Assembly (NCBI GenBank): GCA_951406725.2
Contig: OX597814.1
Coordinates: 82,832,001 to 82,896,000, forward strand
Reading direction: 5' to 3'
DNA from: Octopus vulgaris
Taxonomy: Eukaryota
Length of the DNA: 64,000 nt
The notes beneath the pieces were generated by a model, which saw nothing but the letters and a program-made list of their open reading frames with translations, did not search any database and was not told where the DNA came from. Shown one piece after another: positions 50,910-64,000 of this stretch. The position numbers were made by a program, and so were the translations under genes. Each line of letters begins with the position of its first letter. The first letter of the stretch is position 1.

Positions 50910-51193
50910 CTCTTCAGTATTCAGATTACTCTGCTTAACTGTAAAGCTTATTTATTACCTCTGCCAAGGAAGGAGGTTATGTTTTCATTGGCGTTGGTTT
51001 GTCCGTCTTTGTGAAAAATAACTCAAAAGGTTGTGAACGGTATTTGATGAAACTTGCAGGCAATTTTAATGATGTGACTGTTTATTTTTAGACTGACATT
51101 GTCGGGTAGGTGCGAAAGGTAGGATCTGGCTGATTTGAACATAAAACAGGTAGAATATTTGGGTCAGATATGGTTGGTTTAAATTCTAAAAGG
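50910..51193. mobile_element. Second piggyBac-type MITE family copy with a nested Helentron/HINE-like fragment (about 50954-51060)
   Basis: TTAA at both ends. Reverse-complement similarity to 55818-56014. The insert begins ATTACCTCTGCCAAGGAAGGAGGTTATGTTTTCA. Confidence 0.75.
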
Positions 51194-51396
51194 TTAAGCC
51201 TTATTTTGATAAAATCATATAAGAAAACAATCCTCAGTTGTAATTTCAATCTAATGTCCAAGCATAATCAGGGTGACACAGTGTATATACAAAAGTTGTT
51301 CGTTTGAATTATAAGCATTCCATTAGACAACTTTCCATGCAGGGTTTTCCACTCGTTTGCTGTAATAGTGGTAACATGCAGTAGTAGCTGCATGTA

Positions 51397-51850
51397 GTGA
51401 TGGTCATGATGCCAACGAGAATGAAGGCTATGAAAACAATGATGATGATGATGACAACAGCAATGATGACAATGATGATGGCAGTGATGACAATGATGAC
51501 GATGATGACAACTGCAGTGATGGCTATGATGATTATGACAGCAGTGGTGGTGGTGGTCATGGCAACATTGGCAACAATGTCAGCAATGATGCCATTGCTG
51601 CTGCCCGATGATGATGCTGATGACTATGAAGATGATGATGATGGTGACAATGAGGATGATGATGACGATGTGAATGATGATGGCAATGAGAATAATGCTG
51701 ATGATGTTGATGATGACAATGATTATGATGATGACAATGATGATGCTAGTGCTGATGAAAATGAGGATGATGACGATGAGGAAGATGATGGCAATGATAA
51801 TAACGACAGTGATGATTATAATGATGATGATGATGATGATGATGATGATA
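51397..51850. repeat. Degenerate (GAT)n trinucleotide tract
   Basis: Directly visible; it explains the overlapping D/M/I-rich ORFs. Confidence 0.9.
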
Positions 51851-52109
51851 CTTGCAGAATTAAACTGCAAGCTTTAAAATCAAAAATCTTCTTCATTCGT
51901 TATTCATAATTAAAAAACTGAAATATATTGTTTCATTACTCGTTTTTTTAAATCTCATGTGGTCTGCAGCAGCAGTAACAGCAGCAACAACGACACATGA
52001 TAGACAGAGTTATTATACGATAGTCTTCGAGACTTTTTGAGACAAATGGAGTAATACAGAGGTCTCAGACCCATACAATTTATTTCAATAAAAGAAAAAT
52101 GGTTTTTAA

Positions 52110-52120
52110 AGTAGTAGTAA

Positions 52121-52165
<45 letters not shown>

Positions 52166-52169
52166 CAGC

Positions 52170-52222
<53 letters not shown>

Positions 52223-52320
52223 CAGCAGCAGCAGCAGCAGTAATGGTAGTAGTAGCAGCAGTAACAGAAGTAGTAGCAGTAAAATTAGTAGTGGTAGTAG
52301 CAACAGGAGTAGTAGTCATT
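52110..52320. repeat. (GTA)n/(GCA)n microsatellite
   Basis: Directly visible. Confidence 0.95.
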
Positions 52321-52996
52321 AGCAATGGTTATGGTAATTAGAAAAATTCATGTGATCAAATTGTTAATTTTTGTTTAACCTCAGATCAGCAATGACAAGG
52401 CAAACCTATGATTAAAGACATTCCAGCTGTGACCATTCCATTTTAGATTTTTTTCTTTTCAGACACAGTGTACATTACTTAATTTGGCTGTTATTTCTAT
52501 CAGGTTAAGCAACAATGAACATCCTTTGATGATAATGATAGTGGTGGTGGTAGTAGTAGTGGTAGTAGTGGTGACAATAGCAACGATGGGGTGGAAATGA
52601 AGAAAAGGAAAAATAATGTGGAGAGTGGGACAAAGAAACCAAACAAGTGTGAGAATTTCATAAAACATATCAAAGTAATATTATGCATTATCTACCGTAA
52701 TGCCACTCTGTATGTTATCTGCTGTGACATTATTCAGTCTGTTATCTGCTGTAACATTACTCTGACAGGTGTGATATCTTTCTAATCATAAATATGTAAT
52801 ATCGTTCTTTACGAGCCATTTTCATTACTACATGTCAGTAAAGTACTTGTCCATTTCTATGCTGATCTCAAATTTTGGTGGAGCCTGCTTTACCCTCCAT
52901 CTTTTTTGAGGCTTATAAAGTTAGTATTAGTCATGATTCAAATTTAGTCAACTACATCCTTCTATGTCCTACTGCTATAAATTTATGGCCTTGTGA

Positions 52997-53190
52997 AGAC
53001 CACCTTCGGTCATGAATGATCATGGGATTGCACCTAGAAAGTTACCCTCCAAGGCACAAGTCCGGGCAAGATTGTTTATGAAAGGCCAGCAGTCGTCCAT
53101 GCATACCAGCCTCGCCTCTCCACACCACTGATGTTATCCAAGGGAAAGGCAAAGGCCGATACAGCTTGGCACCAGTGACATCACAACTCA
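52997..53190 (-). mobile_element. SINE family D 3' half
   Basis: Reverse complement of the 26990-27180 region. Confidence 0.85.
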
Positions 53191-54575
53191 TATGACCTTG
53201 TACATCATCATCATTTAACATCCACTTTTCCATGCTTGCATAGGTCAGACAGTATTTGTTGAGGCAGATTTTTTATAGCCAGATGCCATTCCTCTTGCCA
53301 GCACTCACCTGTTCTTCAAGCAAGGTAATATTTTTCTATGGCCAGAAATGTTTTCACCTTGGAAATATGGTAACACTGCCGTTTACAACAGTGAGCTATA
53401 CACCCACAGTAATTTTGATAGTTACATGTCTTTGATACAAGGACTAGTGATAGCATAAGAACAACTGCCTGCTTCATCAACTGTCTAAAACTCTTACAAT
53501 TCAGTAACTAAGAGATCTAAAATTAATTAATTGTTCAGAGACACAATGAGGCTGTGAGGAAATATAAACTTGCAACTGTAGTTAACAAATGATTTTTTTT
53601 CTTTTTACTTAGGCACAGGACAAACTTTTTGTAAGGTAGAGATAGAGTCAAGTTCTCCTGCAGACTATCACTACCATTTCACATTAAGTGGTTTGTAGAA
53701 TAAGGCATTAAACTACCAGCTATTGGCTTGTAAGTTCAAATCTACTATAAGTATTTTATTGACTGAACCATTTTATTGTAAATGCTACTTTTCATGTTAC
53801 TGCTGGGATTAGGAACCAGAACAATCAGGAAAAGATTTGGCACTCATCAATTTAACATTACAAAAATCAGAGTTAAGTGCCTGCCTAATGGACTTGTGAG
53901 GGTTGGAAAAGAGTAATATTACTTTGTTTTTGATCTCCAGAAGAATGGAATACAAAACTATCTTCAGTGACATTGGAACTCATAACTTAGAATAATGAAA
54001 CAAATGTACTTAGTATGCACTCTGCTGTCTCAACCACTTCCACTATCCTTCATATACACTGACAGACAAACAGACAGACAGGCAGATACAATATTGCAAT
54101 TACCAAATACATGTAATGCTTTTTGAGTCAACAAGAGAACCTTTCCACAATTGCTTTATCTGCTAGAAATAGCATCCATTTTTCTTTCAAATTAGTGTCT
54201 TAAAAAAAGGAAAGATACATTGAAAGATACATTACATATACTATTCCTGAAGACAAGAACAACATGATGGTCATGATGAGAAAGCCTTTGATTATACATC
54301 TTCTCAAATGGGAATGACTTGAAACTAAATAGCAATGACATATACATGAAATAGCTTTACTAATGTATTAATCTTCATAAGAAGAGAATCTAATATTCTT
54401 TATAATATTGTTACCATTAGGGTTGATGCTATGACCTAATTCTAATTCTTAGTTGACACAAATTGACTTTATCTTATACCATTAATGCTCTTGCATGAAC
54501 ATCACACTACCTTATTATGAACCTAATCAAAAAATAGCCAAAATTCATACCATCAAATCAATGTAATATCAATAT

Positions 54576-54620
<45 letters not shown>

Positions 54621-54959
54621 TTTTCAGGATTTAATTTGAGATTGCACTATGCCGAGTTCAAATCCTGAGAATTGCAAATGCCATGTTAATTCCATATTGA
54701 ACAAATCATATGGTTAGTATTGGTGCTATTCTGTTTCCATTGTCAGAACACTTAACTCTAATGGCCCAGTCCAACAAGCTCTAAGTAGGAAACACCATTT
54801 TCCACATGAAGTAGAATAAGGCTTAAAACATGAATCTTTCATTCTAAAGACAATATGAAATTTCCTGAAGAAAACTTGGCCCCTACATTGAAGAAATCAA
54901 GCAATTAGTTTGAAAGCTGTAGTACCAGTAATACTGTGGCGTCTAGTTAATCCTCCCCA

Positions 54960-55345
54960 TCATCGCCATCATCATCATCATCATCATTGTTTAACGTTCA
55001 CTTTTCCATGCTTGCATGGTTTAGATGAAATTTATTGAGCTGGATTGTCTATGTCCAGAAGCCCTTCCTATCATTAACCTTCACCTGTTTCCAAGTAAGG
55101 TAATATTTCCTCATGATCAGGCATGTCTAGGATGTTTAGAAACAAAGGACACGAGTTGCATGACAATGACATTAGCTTACAGCTATCACATGGTGTCAAG
55201 GAAGGGAGACAATAACACATAGACACAACAGAGTTCTTTCAGTTCCATCAACCAGTTCTACTTACAAAGCTTTGGTCAACCTAGGGCTATAGCAGAAGGG
55301 ACTTGCTCAAGGTGACATGCAGTGGGATTGAACACAAAACCATTC
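54960..55345 (-). mobile_element. SINE family B
   Basis: (CAT)n-TTTAACGTTCACTTTTCCATGCTTGCATGG tail and a head remnant. Confidence 0.8.
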
Positions 55346-55817
55346 TATTGAAAACCTTGGCAACCTTAATGTCAAGCCAAAAATAAAAATCATTGTAAGT
55401 GAACATCTCCAAACCAGTTTCATTCGATGATATGCCAATATACTGAATACTTGAACTACATTTATCTATTAAAAAAAAATTACTATATCAAAACTGGAGA
55501 CATCCGAGTGATCTTCTGGCTTTCAATAATCAATATCTCTTGGCAGATTGTTTTCATAGGATATTGATAATATAGAATAAATTGCATTGTAATGTTATAT
55601 TTGTTTTCTTAAGTCAGAGCACATGGCTGCAGTACTGTGCTATATACTATACTACACTGTACTGCTCTGTTAGCGTGTAGCATCATAGTATAATGTCATT
55701 CTGTTATTCTTGTATTCTTTTATTTGTTTCAGCTACTGGTTTGAGGCCATGCTGGGGCACTGTGTTGATGGTTTAATTGCTCTAGTACTTATTTCAAGTC
55801 TGGATTTGTTGCTTTAA

Positions 55818-56014
55818 CCTTTTAGCATTTTAACTGGCCACACCTGGCCCAGATATTCTCTCTTTTACATTTAAACTCCTGCCCTACAGTGACATTCTAA
55901 AGATAAACAATTACATCATCGAAACTTCAAAACTATAAGATAATGCACGATTAATTCAAAACAATTTGAATAAAAGAGCATTATATTTGGCAGAGTAATC
56001 TGATTGCTAAAGGA
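55818..56014. mobile_element. piggyBac-type MITE (second family); fragments also at about 42810-42955 and 45320-45497
   Basis: TTAA|CCTTTTAGCATT ... ATTGCTAAAGGA|TTAA. Confidence 0.8.
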
Positions 56015-56586
56015 TTAAAGGAGATATGTGGCTATCCCAGGAGTAACTGGAAAAAAAACCCAGTAATGGTAATAATGAAGTGTCTCAAAGCACACTCTCA
56101 AAAACGGAAAGATGAGTATAAGTGAGAATATGGACACAGAAACAGGAATAATGGGGGCATAAGTCCATTAGAGTGTGAGAGGAGAAAGAATGATAATTGG
56201 TTAGAGGTGAGTGTAGTCACACTATAGTGATATGGTTAAGAAGATCTTTTTGCAACCATAAGATCCAGGTTTAATCCTATTACATGGCATCTTGCACAAA
56301 TGCTGTCATTCTTTAAAGCTTCGAGAATGAAATTAGGTTAAGAGAAACTGTAGTTGCCTGTTTTGTGTAGAATGTACTCATAATTCAAAGGGTACAGCCT
56401 GGTCACCCACCGTGTCATGCTGATTCTATCTGAAAATTATATTAGGGATACATTTGTCAGCTCAGCCACTTATATGATAATTCAGTTGATTGAATGATCA
56501 GACAACCAAATCCTAATCCACTCTTACTCTACATCACTCCTGTACTGTTCTACCATGCTGTATTACTTTACTGTTTCTGTCTCTGT

Positions 56587-56920
56587 TGAAGGTGCATGAC
56601 TCAGAGATTAGAGCATTGGGTTCACAATCATGAGGTAGTGAATTCAATTCCTGGACTGGGTTGTGTGTTGTGTTCTTGAGCAAGACACTTTATTTCACGT
56701 TGCTCCAGTTCACTCAGCTGTAGAAATGAGTTGCAACATCACTGATGCCAAACTGTATCAGCGTTTGCCTTTCCCTTGGATAACATCTGTGGTGTTGAGA
56801 TGGGGGACTGGTATGCACAGGCAACTGCTGATCTTCCATAATCAACCTTGCCTGGACTTGTGCCATGGAGGAGAACTTTCTAGGGGAAATCCCATGGTCA
56901 TTCATGACTGAAGGGGTCTT
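56587..56920 (+). mobile_element. SINE family D, full length
   Basis: tRNA-like head (TGACTCAGAGATTAGAGC...GAATTCAATTCC), CTTGAGCAAGACACTT core and CCCATGGTCATTCATGAC tail. Confidence 0.88.
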
Positions 56921-57399
56921 TACCCTTTCTGAAGCACTGTAGTTTTCTACGTACTGAAATTCTCTACTTTACTGTTACTCTAATTCACTTTATTGTTGCT
57001 ATAATTTCCTAGTGCACATCCATGCTCTATTCTTACACTGCCTATCTATACCCTACTGTATTTCCACCGTTGATTATTGCAGTAGAGGTGAGATGGCAGA
57101 ATTGTTAGCACACCAGGCGAATTGCTTAGAATTTGAAGTGACTTTGTCTTTATTAAGCTGGTGATATTTTGATGGATGGTTTTAGTGTATTTTTTAGTGC
57201 CTCATAGACCTAGGATATTCTTTTGCAGGTGGATATCAAAAGGGTCTCTTCTACAGTGTCTCTAGATTCAAACAGCTTATCTTATTTCTTCCTTTCTTGC
57301 TAACTGACTTCAGTATTTCAAGTTATAAACTTTTTAATGTTGGTTTGCACATTTCTTCTTCACAATTGCCTCTCTAAACATCCGTCTCTCTCCCCAATC

Positions 57400-58115
57400 A
57401 TTTTTCATTATACTCTCTTTCTTTCTCTCTCTTTTCACACCCCTCTCCCACTATATCCCAGTTCCTTTTCTTTCTTTCTTTCTACTTCCCTCTCCTTTTC
57501 TCTCACTTCCTCTTCCCTCTCTCTTCCTCCTGCTCTCTCCTCTCTCTCCCATCCTTCCTTCCCCCCTTCCTCTTTCTTCCTTCCTTCTTCACCTTCTCTC
57601 CCTTTCCCTCTCTTCCCTACCTTTCTCTCCCTTACATCTGTTTCGCATTTTGCATGTTTTACACTTTTTTCCCCATCTTCTATTATCCATGCACGTACTT
57701 ACCAACATTTATGCATAAACATTACCTTCAGTTTGTTTGCTTTTCTTTAGACTTCTGACTCGATCTTTCTCTCACTTTGATTTTTTCACACCTGTCTCTC
57801 CCCCTCTCTCTCCTCTCTCAAATTTTTTTTCCTTACTCTCTCTTTACTCACTATCTCTCCTCTTTTCACTCCCCTTTTCTAATACAATACACATTATCTG
57901 TACCACTCAACCTTGGATTCTGTCTTATTTTTCCATCTCTCACTAACTCACTATTTTACTAAACACACTCTCTCATCATCTCTCCTTTTCATTTCTCTCT
58001 CTCTATCTCTTCTATTTTTCTGTACTCCAACTGTCTGTCTCTGCCTCTCTCTTCTTCCTTTCCTCCCTCTCTGTCTGTTCCCCCTCTCTTTATTTCTCTC
58101 TCTCTCTCTCCCTCC

Positions 58116-58168
<53 letters not shown>

Positions 58169-58447
58169 TCTCTCTCCCCCTCTCTCTCTCCCCTTCCCCT
58201 CTCTCTATTTATCTGTCTGCTTCTCCATCTGTGCCAGTCTGTCTCTCTGTCTTTCTACTTCTCTCCCCCACCTCTGTCTGTCTCTCTTCACTCTTTCTGC
58301 CCCCCCCTTCTTTCTCTCAGTCTCTCTCTCACACTTCAACTGCAGAATTCATCCTACTCCAGCAATCCTCATTCTTTTTTCATTACAAACTCACTTTCTC
58401 AGCTCTCTTCTTTCTCTCCTCTCTCTCACTTACACTTTCTTTCTCAT

Positions 58448-58494
<47 letters not shown>

Positions 58495-58495
58495 G
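57400..58495. repeat. Long CT-rich polypyrimidine low-complexity tract
   Basis: Directly visible. Confidence 0.9.
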
Positions 58496-58654
58496 CCTTC
58501 ACTCTGTGCACAACAGCAACATTAATTACAGATTTCTAACAGACCAATCATTGGTTCATTGCATTTCTGATAGAAGAAGTGGCAAGGGAGTGCCTGTATA
58601 ACCTGGATGGAATAAATGTTTCAAGGCATTATTGGTAATTTTCTTGTTGATGTG

Positions 58655-58676
58655 TCATCATCACCATTACCATCAT

Positions 58677-58717
<41 letters not shown>

Positions 58718-59135
58718 GCACCAATGTCATTACCAACACCAACACCAACACCATCTTCATCATCATCATCATCATTATCATCACCAATGTTATTACTACA
58801 TCACCACCACCACCATTATCATCATCACACCCCCACCCCAACCACCATCACTGTCATCACCTTCATCTTCATCATCACCATCATTATTATCATGAATGTC
58901 ATCGTCGTCTTCATCATTATGATCATCACTAATGTCAATGCCACCACCACCACCACCACCACCACCATCATGACTACCACTGCCATCACCACCACCACTA
59001 CAATCTTCATCATCATCATCATCATCACCACCACCACTACCACTTCTACCACCATCGTCCTTATTATCATCATCATCACCACCACCATCACTACCATCCT
59101 CCTCCTCCTTGTCATCATCATTGTCATCATCGTTC
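58655..59135. repeat. Degenerate (CAT)n/(CAC)n tract adjoining a minus-strand SINE B (about 59130-59480)
   Basis: Directly visible. Confidence 0.85.
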
Positions 59136-60160
59136 CTTTAACAATCACTTTTCCATACTTGCATTGGGGTCAGGTGGATTTTTGTTAGGGCAAATTTTCT
59201 TTGGGCAAAATGCTCTTCCTGTTATCAACCCTCACTAACCCTTGGGCAGAAATGGGTTTTTTTTCAAGGAAGATTCAAGATGAATAAAATAGTTTGCCTG
59301 AAAGTGATGCTTATTTAATACACACACATAATGAGAGCTTCTTTCAGTTTCCATGTACAAAATCTACTTACAAAGATTTGGTTGATTTGGGGCAAAAGAA
59401 GACATCATTTGTCCAAGATGGTGTGCAGGGGGACTAAACACAAAACCACATGTTTGAGAAGCAGTTTCTTAACCACACAAGCAGAAAGAGAGAGAGAGAG
59501 AAAGTGGGGGAATGTGAGAGAGGGAGAGAGAGAAGGAGAAAGACAGAGACAGACAGTGTGTGTGTGTGTGCATGTGTGTATATGTATGTGTGTGTACTTG
59601 AGGCTGTGGGTGTGAGTGTGTGTGTATGTGTGTGTGTGTGTGCCTAAGTGAAGACACTTGCCCAAGGTGCCATGCAGTGGGACTGAACTGTGGAACCATG
59701 TGGTTGGGAAGCAAGCTTCTTACCATACAGCCATACCTGCACCTATTACATATATTACATATTAAATTAAATAGATAATCAAAAGAACAATTAATAGTTT
59801 CATGCTATTATGGTACTTGAACAAGCATATTTATAAAATACACCATGTATCTTAAAGAAATCTTTCAGACTCTGTTTATGTGTTACATATAATTTTTAAA
59901 AACAAGGATGCTGGACATTAAGAAAATATGGAAACAATGCAAAGAAGGTTGATGTGAAAAATGGAACAAGAGAAAAGAATCGAAATTAAGAGCTACAATA
60001 CTTGTCTTCCCGGATAGTAGAAAGCTCATTAAATACAACTGGTTTAGGACAAAATAACTGAAAATATGTCAAAGTCTGCAAGACAGCAACTCAATCCAGA
60101 GCAAGTGGTGCCCTCCAATTTGGTAAAAGAAACCTGTCCATGAGGCTACACCTGCTAAAA

Positions 60161-60192
<32 letters not shown>

Positions 60193-60211
60193 ACACACAC
60201 ACACACACTCA

Positions 60212-60264
<53 letters not shown>

Positions 60265-60266
<2 letters not shown>

Positions 60267-60455
60267 CTTTTATCTTTTACTTGTTTCACTCATTAGACTG
60301 TAGCCATGTTGGGGTAGTTCCCTGAAGAAGTTTTAGTTGGATGGTCCCACTGCTTATTTGTTTTTCAAAGCCTGGTACTTATTCTGTCTCATTTGCTGAA
60401 CCACTAGGTTACAGGGACGTAAATACATCAACACTTGTTGTCAAGCAATTACAAT

Positions 60456-60515
<60 letters not shown>

Positions 60516-60678
60516 GATGGATTTCTTTCAGTTTTCATCTGTCAAATCCACTCACAAGGCTTTGGTTAGCCTGAGGCTATAGTAGAAGACGCTTGGTCAA
60601 AGTACCTCACAGTGGGACTGAACTTGGAAGCATGTGATTAGGAAGCAAGCTTCTTACCACACAGCCATGCCTATACCT
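60265..60678 (-). mobile_element. SINE family A, full length
   Basis: Tail, (CA)n and head (plus strand ends CACAGCCATGCCTATACC). Confidence 0.9.
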
Positions 60679-60699
60679 AATGTGTTCCAGCAAGTTTTA

Positions 60700-61030
60700 T
60701 ACACTAGCCATCCAAAGAAAATTTCACCAGCATTGAGTAGAAAGATTCAACAGGAAGTTAGGAAAGTTGATCATCAAACCGGATTAAGGCACTTACGGAC
60801 ACAGAATGCAGCTCAAGGATGATAAGATGACATTTGATTAGGCAAAATATTGTTAGTTTTCATACAATGCATATTTTCTGCATTAAATGTTAAACATTTC
60901 TTTAGGTTTTCATATATCTTTTTCTATTTGCCAATAATGAATCTATAATGAAGAATAGTCAAATGTATCGGTCTGCAAGGAGTTCATTTTGGCAGTTTTT
61001 TCCCTGGTCTTAAGATTTTGTCCAACAGTG
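60700..61030 (+). mobile_element. Possible Tc1-like remnant
   Basis: SHPKKISPALSRKIQQEVRK resembles the GRPRK linker region. The segment ends TAAGATTTTGTCCAACAGTG|TA, like a Tc1 right TIR. Confidence 0.45.
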
Positions 61031-61124
61031 TATATATATATATAAATACATATTAACAAATTTTTGATAATCTGTGAGTAAAATGGTAAACATTTGGAGA
61101 AATCCCTTATAAATTATCTATATA

Positions 61125-61355
61125 CACGGTTGGCCGAAAGTCACCCAAAAGTAAATCAAAATTCAATAAATGTTATCTGTAATTCTGTATTGACTCAAAT
61201 GGAAAAAATGTGTCACTCAAGAAGGACTTCAGTTTGAAAAATTTTCATGTTTCATATTTAGATGCTTTTATTAAATTCATTCAGTTGTTAAACATAAATA
61301 AATCTTGGAATTAAATGGTTTTGATTTATTGTCAGGTGACTTTTGGCCAACCCTG
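61125..61355. mobile_element. Tc1/mariner-type MITE, intact
   Basis: TA|CACGGTTGGCCGAAAGTCACC ... GGTGACTTTTGGCCAACCCTG|TA: 21-bp TIR with 2 mismatches and a TA TSD. Confidence 0.92.
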
Positions 61356-62008
61356 TATATACACACGTCTTTCTCCAGCATTCACATGCACAACAAGACG
61401 CATATGCAGGCACATGCATGCAATATATATAAATACAAGTGTCTACACATTTATTACTTTTCAAATCCCACTCACAAGGCTTTGGTCAACTCATGACTCT
61501 TGCCTAAGGTGCCAAGCAGTGAGATCAAATTCAGAACTCTTCAGACCAGAGGCAAGCTTCTTAACCATAGATCCATACAGCTAATCTAATTCTCTCTCTC
61601 TCTGCCGTCTTCCTCTGTCTCCCTCTCTCCCCCCCTCTCTCTTGTTTTATCATGTGCAATTCACCTTACTTCCCCCAACAATTTTCTTTTCATTACACTC
61701 TCTTTCTTTCTCTCTTTTCACACTCCTTTCCACTACATCCTACGCATATCTCTCTTTCTTGTTTTTTCTTTCGTTTTACTTTCTTTCTTGTGTTCTTTAT
61801 TTCATTCTTGCTTTCATTCTTTCTTTAGCTCTTTCTTTTTCTTTCATTCTCTCTTTCACATGTGCAATTGACTACCTGTTCAAACGGTTTTTCTTCTCTC
61901 TCTTTACATTCTACTTTTTCTCTCTCTTTGCAATCTACTTTCTCTCTTTTCCCTTCTCTTTTCACACCACTGTCTCTCTCTTTCTTCCCTTCTCGTCATA
62001 CACTACTT

Positions 62009-62063
<55 letters not shown>

Positions 62064-62379
62064 ATATTATTCGTTCACTCTCTTTCCAGCTACTTTCAAA
62101 ATTTATAAATAAATTAAATATTTCACCTCCACTAGTAAGTAACAATGAAAACATGTATTCAAAATGAGCAAATAAATATATCATGTAAAAAAAAAAGTGT
62201 GCATAAATGAAGAGGAATAAAAATATAATAATTAGAAATGGTTAGAGGAAATATATGAACAAATACCAAGAAAATTTTTTAATAAATTCCAACCAAAGAA
62301 AAATATTACTCAACTAAATATTCTAAGGTAAAAGAAAAGAAATTCTGACATTTTTACTTTGATAAATTACATATGTTGA

Positions 62380-62939
62380 ATAGCATATATATATGTAAGT
62401 GTAGTAGTACATGCATATGTATATATATTGACATATGTATATAAACTTACGTTCATCCATCCATACATATATACATGCACACACATATATACATATGTAT
62501 TTATACATATATATTTATACATATGTATTTATACATACACGCACACACATATATATGTATAAATACATATGTGCATATATAAGTATTTCTAAAGAAAAAG
62601 GAGAAAGATATATTAATACACACAAGCTGACATACATACAAATATATATATATATATATATTTGCATGTTTCTCTATATACACAATATGTGTATATTATA
62701 TGTGTATATATATTATACATATATATATTATATTATATATATTTTATATACATACATATATCATATATATACATATATATATATTATATATATACATACA
62801 AATATATTATATATACTTACATGTATATTATATATTTATGAATACATATATATAATATATATACAGATATGTTTTACATATATATATATATACATAAATG
62901 CATAAATATATATATATATATATATATATACATAAATGC

Positions 62940-62970
<31 letters not shown>

Positions 62971-63060
62971 CATACATATATATACAAATGCACCCCCACA
63001 TGCCCCTTATCCCCCCCACACACATGTGCACACACATTCACATATATATTTAAACAAAAT
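62380..63060. repeat. (TA)/(CATA)-rich low-complexity tract
   Basis: Directly visible. Confidence 0.92.
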
Positions 63061-63394
63061 GCTTATTTCTATTTGTTAAGGAATTTACAATTTGAGAGAA
63101 AAAAAATTATGCTAATAATACAATAAAGAACATTTCTCATTTCTATTTTTAATATTTGTGAACATGTGCAGAATCATGATTCTGATACATAGGTGAATAA
63201 GTGAGAGAGAGTGTTTGTGTGTAAATCTCTATATTTCAGTGTTTAGCACTGAGTGTGAATAGGTGTCTGTGTGTATGAGCATATAAATATGAGTGGGTGC
63301 TCATTTGAAAGAGTGTATAAATGAGTATCTGTAAGACTATGTTGCTTGTGTAAGAGTATGTCAACAAATGAATATGCATACATTCGTGTGTTGA

Positions 63395-63445
<51 letters not shown>

Positions 63446-64000
63446 CATGTGCATGTATGTTGAAATGAGCATACCTGTGTATGAGTATATTCTTGTGTGT
63501 GGGCCAGGTTTTCGTTTGGATATAAGGGAAAATGTACATAAGATTCTCAAAAGTAAATAGACACCTTATTTTTTATTTTGTTATTGAAAGATTTATTTCT
63601 GGAAACAAAATAATGTCATTTGATGCATTTAAATACCTAATCTAATATTTAGTAGACATGATTCATGCAGTTATAATGATTTAACTTGTTTAAGCATCAT
63701 TCTAATGAGTAATGTCCAATATATACAATGGTATAATGAGGTGTGTCTATTTACTTTTGAGGCGTCTGTGTGTATGTGTATGATGTCTGCATCTTGAGAT
63801 GTGAATGCATATGTACGACTGCATGTGTATGTGTTGGTGATATCCTCAATACATTTATGTATATTAGCACTGCGGTACATATTCCAAGTGCTTTCACTAT
63901 TTTAGAAATAATTTGATTTATATTTTTAAGTTAAGTGATGTGTGCCTGTAAGTCTGTACTTTTGTGTACACATGTACATTTGCTTAAACAAATAGTTACA

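Noticed and set aside
51397-51909. 170-aa Met/Asp-rich ORF resembling an acidic biomineral protein
   Set aside because: Degenerate (GAT)n tract, open in multiple frames, with no signal peptide or splice context.
56587-56660. tRNA-like sequences at SINE heads
   Set aside because: A/B-box remnants continue into SINE bodies and do not form complete cloverleaves, so they are not tRNA genes.

Overview
AT-rich, repeat-dense eukaryotic DNA with no supportable host protein-coding exon, so probably intergenic or deep intronic. The SINE repertoire (tRNA-like heads, a CORE-like CCTTGGGCAAG motif, internal microsatellites) and the microsatellite load point to a cephalopod, most likely Octopus; this is inference from recognised repeat families. 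Nearly all ORFs in the supplied track are simple-repeat or SINE artefacts. The real coding remnants are all decayed transposons: a Helitron nested in a Tigger/pogo-like element (2080-6615), a Ty3/Gypsy LTR element (6958-10930, minus), a mariner (19313-20364), a near full-length RTE/BovB-type LINE (29393-32420, minus), Tc1 pieces, weak hAT and piggyBac traces, and several MITEs. The most notable signal is a set of minimal type-I hammerhead ribozyme motifs. Two unrelated foldback elements (15197-15751 and 18880-19250) carry an outward-facing hammerhead in each arm, as in Penelope-like pseudo-LTRs. A further decayed hammerhead lies about 70 nt upstream of the RTE LINE ORF (32413-32459). There is also a ~450-bp locally templated insertion (43219-43665, copied from 47446-47915). 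All coordinates were read by eye; boundaries of decayed repeats are approximate.
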